Positions 6,996 to 7,051 of a stretch of DNA of 7,051 bases are shown one piece after another. Source of the DNA: a virus (lineage: Duplodnaviria; Heunggongvirae; Uroviricota; Caudoviricetes); the IMG/VR virus record IMGVR_UViG_2663762857_000014. One strand, 5' to 3'. The position numbers and the translations under genes are program-made. The notes beneath the pieces were generated by a model, which worked only from the letters and a program-made list of their open reading frames with translations, did not search any database and was not told the origin of the DNA. Numbering within the stretch: the first letter of the stretch is position 1; each line of letters opens with the position of its first letter.

Positions 6996-7051
6996 ATGAG
7001 CAAGAAATTTGCAAATACTATTCTTTCTTCTGCTGTTGCCGGATTGATGTT
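6996..7051 (+). CDS. Possible 5' end of a gene running off the window; the N-terminus MSKKFANTILSSAVAGLM looks like a signal peptide (secreted, fimbrial or outer-membrane protein?)
   Basis: ATG at 6996 followed by two lysines and a hydrophobic stretch, the typical n-region and h-region of a Sec signal peptide. No classic SD directly upstream, so it may be translationally coupled to the small ORF. Only 18 codons are visible. Confidence 0.3.
   Translation, partial: MSKKFANTILSSAVAGLM

Noticed and set aside
6190-7051. tRNA gene or phage attachment site at the module boundary
   Set aside because: No conserved T-arm motif or cloverleaf-compatible pairing could be found by eye on either strand. 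The idea is left as a check in the findings rather than called as a feature.

Overview
This window is the distal tail-tip module of a lambdoid (lambda-like) enterobacterial phage or prophage, all on the + strand. It holds a possible 3' end of an upstream tail gene (1-127), a 1176-aa J-type central tail fibre / host-specificity protein (232-3762), a 370-bp ORF-free spacer ending in a strong intrinsic terminator, a 483-aa side tail fibre (Stf-like) with two collagen-like Gly-X-Y blocks (4132-5583), and a 197-aa putative tail fibre assembly protein (5595-6188). From about 6190 the sequence becomes AT-rich and ORF-poor, with terminator-like hairpins oriented for leftward transcription, exact direct and inverted repeats, a 25-codon ORF with a strong RBS, and the first 18 codons of a signal-peptide-like ORF at the window edge. 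I see no CRISPR array, tRNA, integrase or transposase, and nothing I can support as a new multi-gene system. The most interesting points are the divergent receptor-binding ends of J and Stf, the collagen-like fibre shaft, and the repeat-rich region after 6190, which may be the start of a cargo (moron) locus. All homology statements come from reading the translations and recalling phage lambda proteins; no searches were run.
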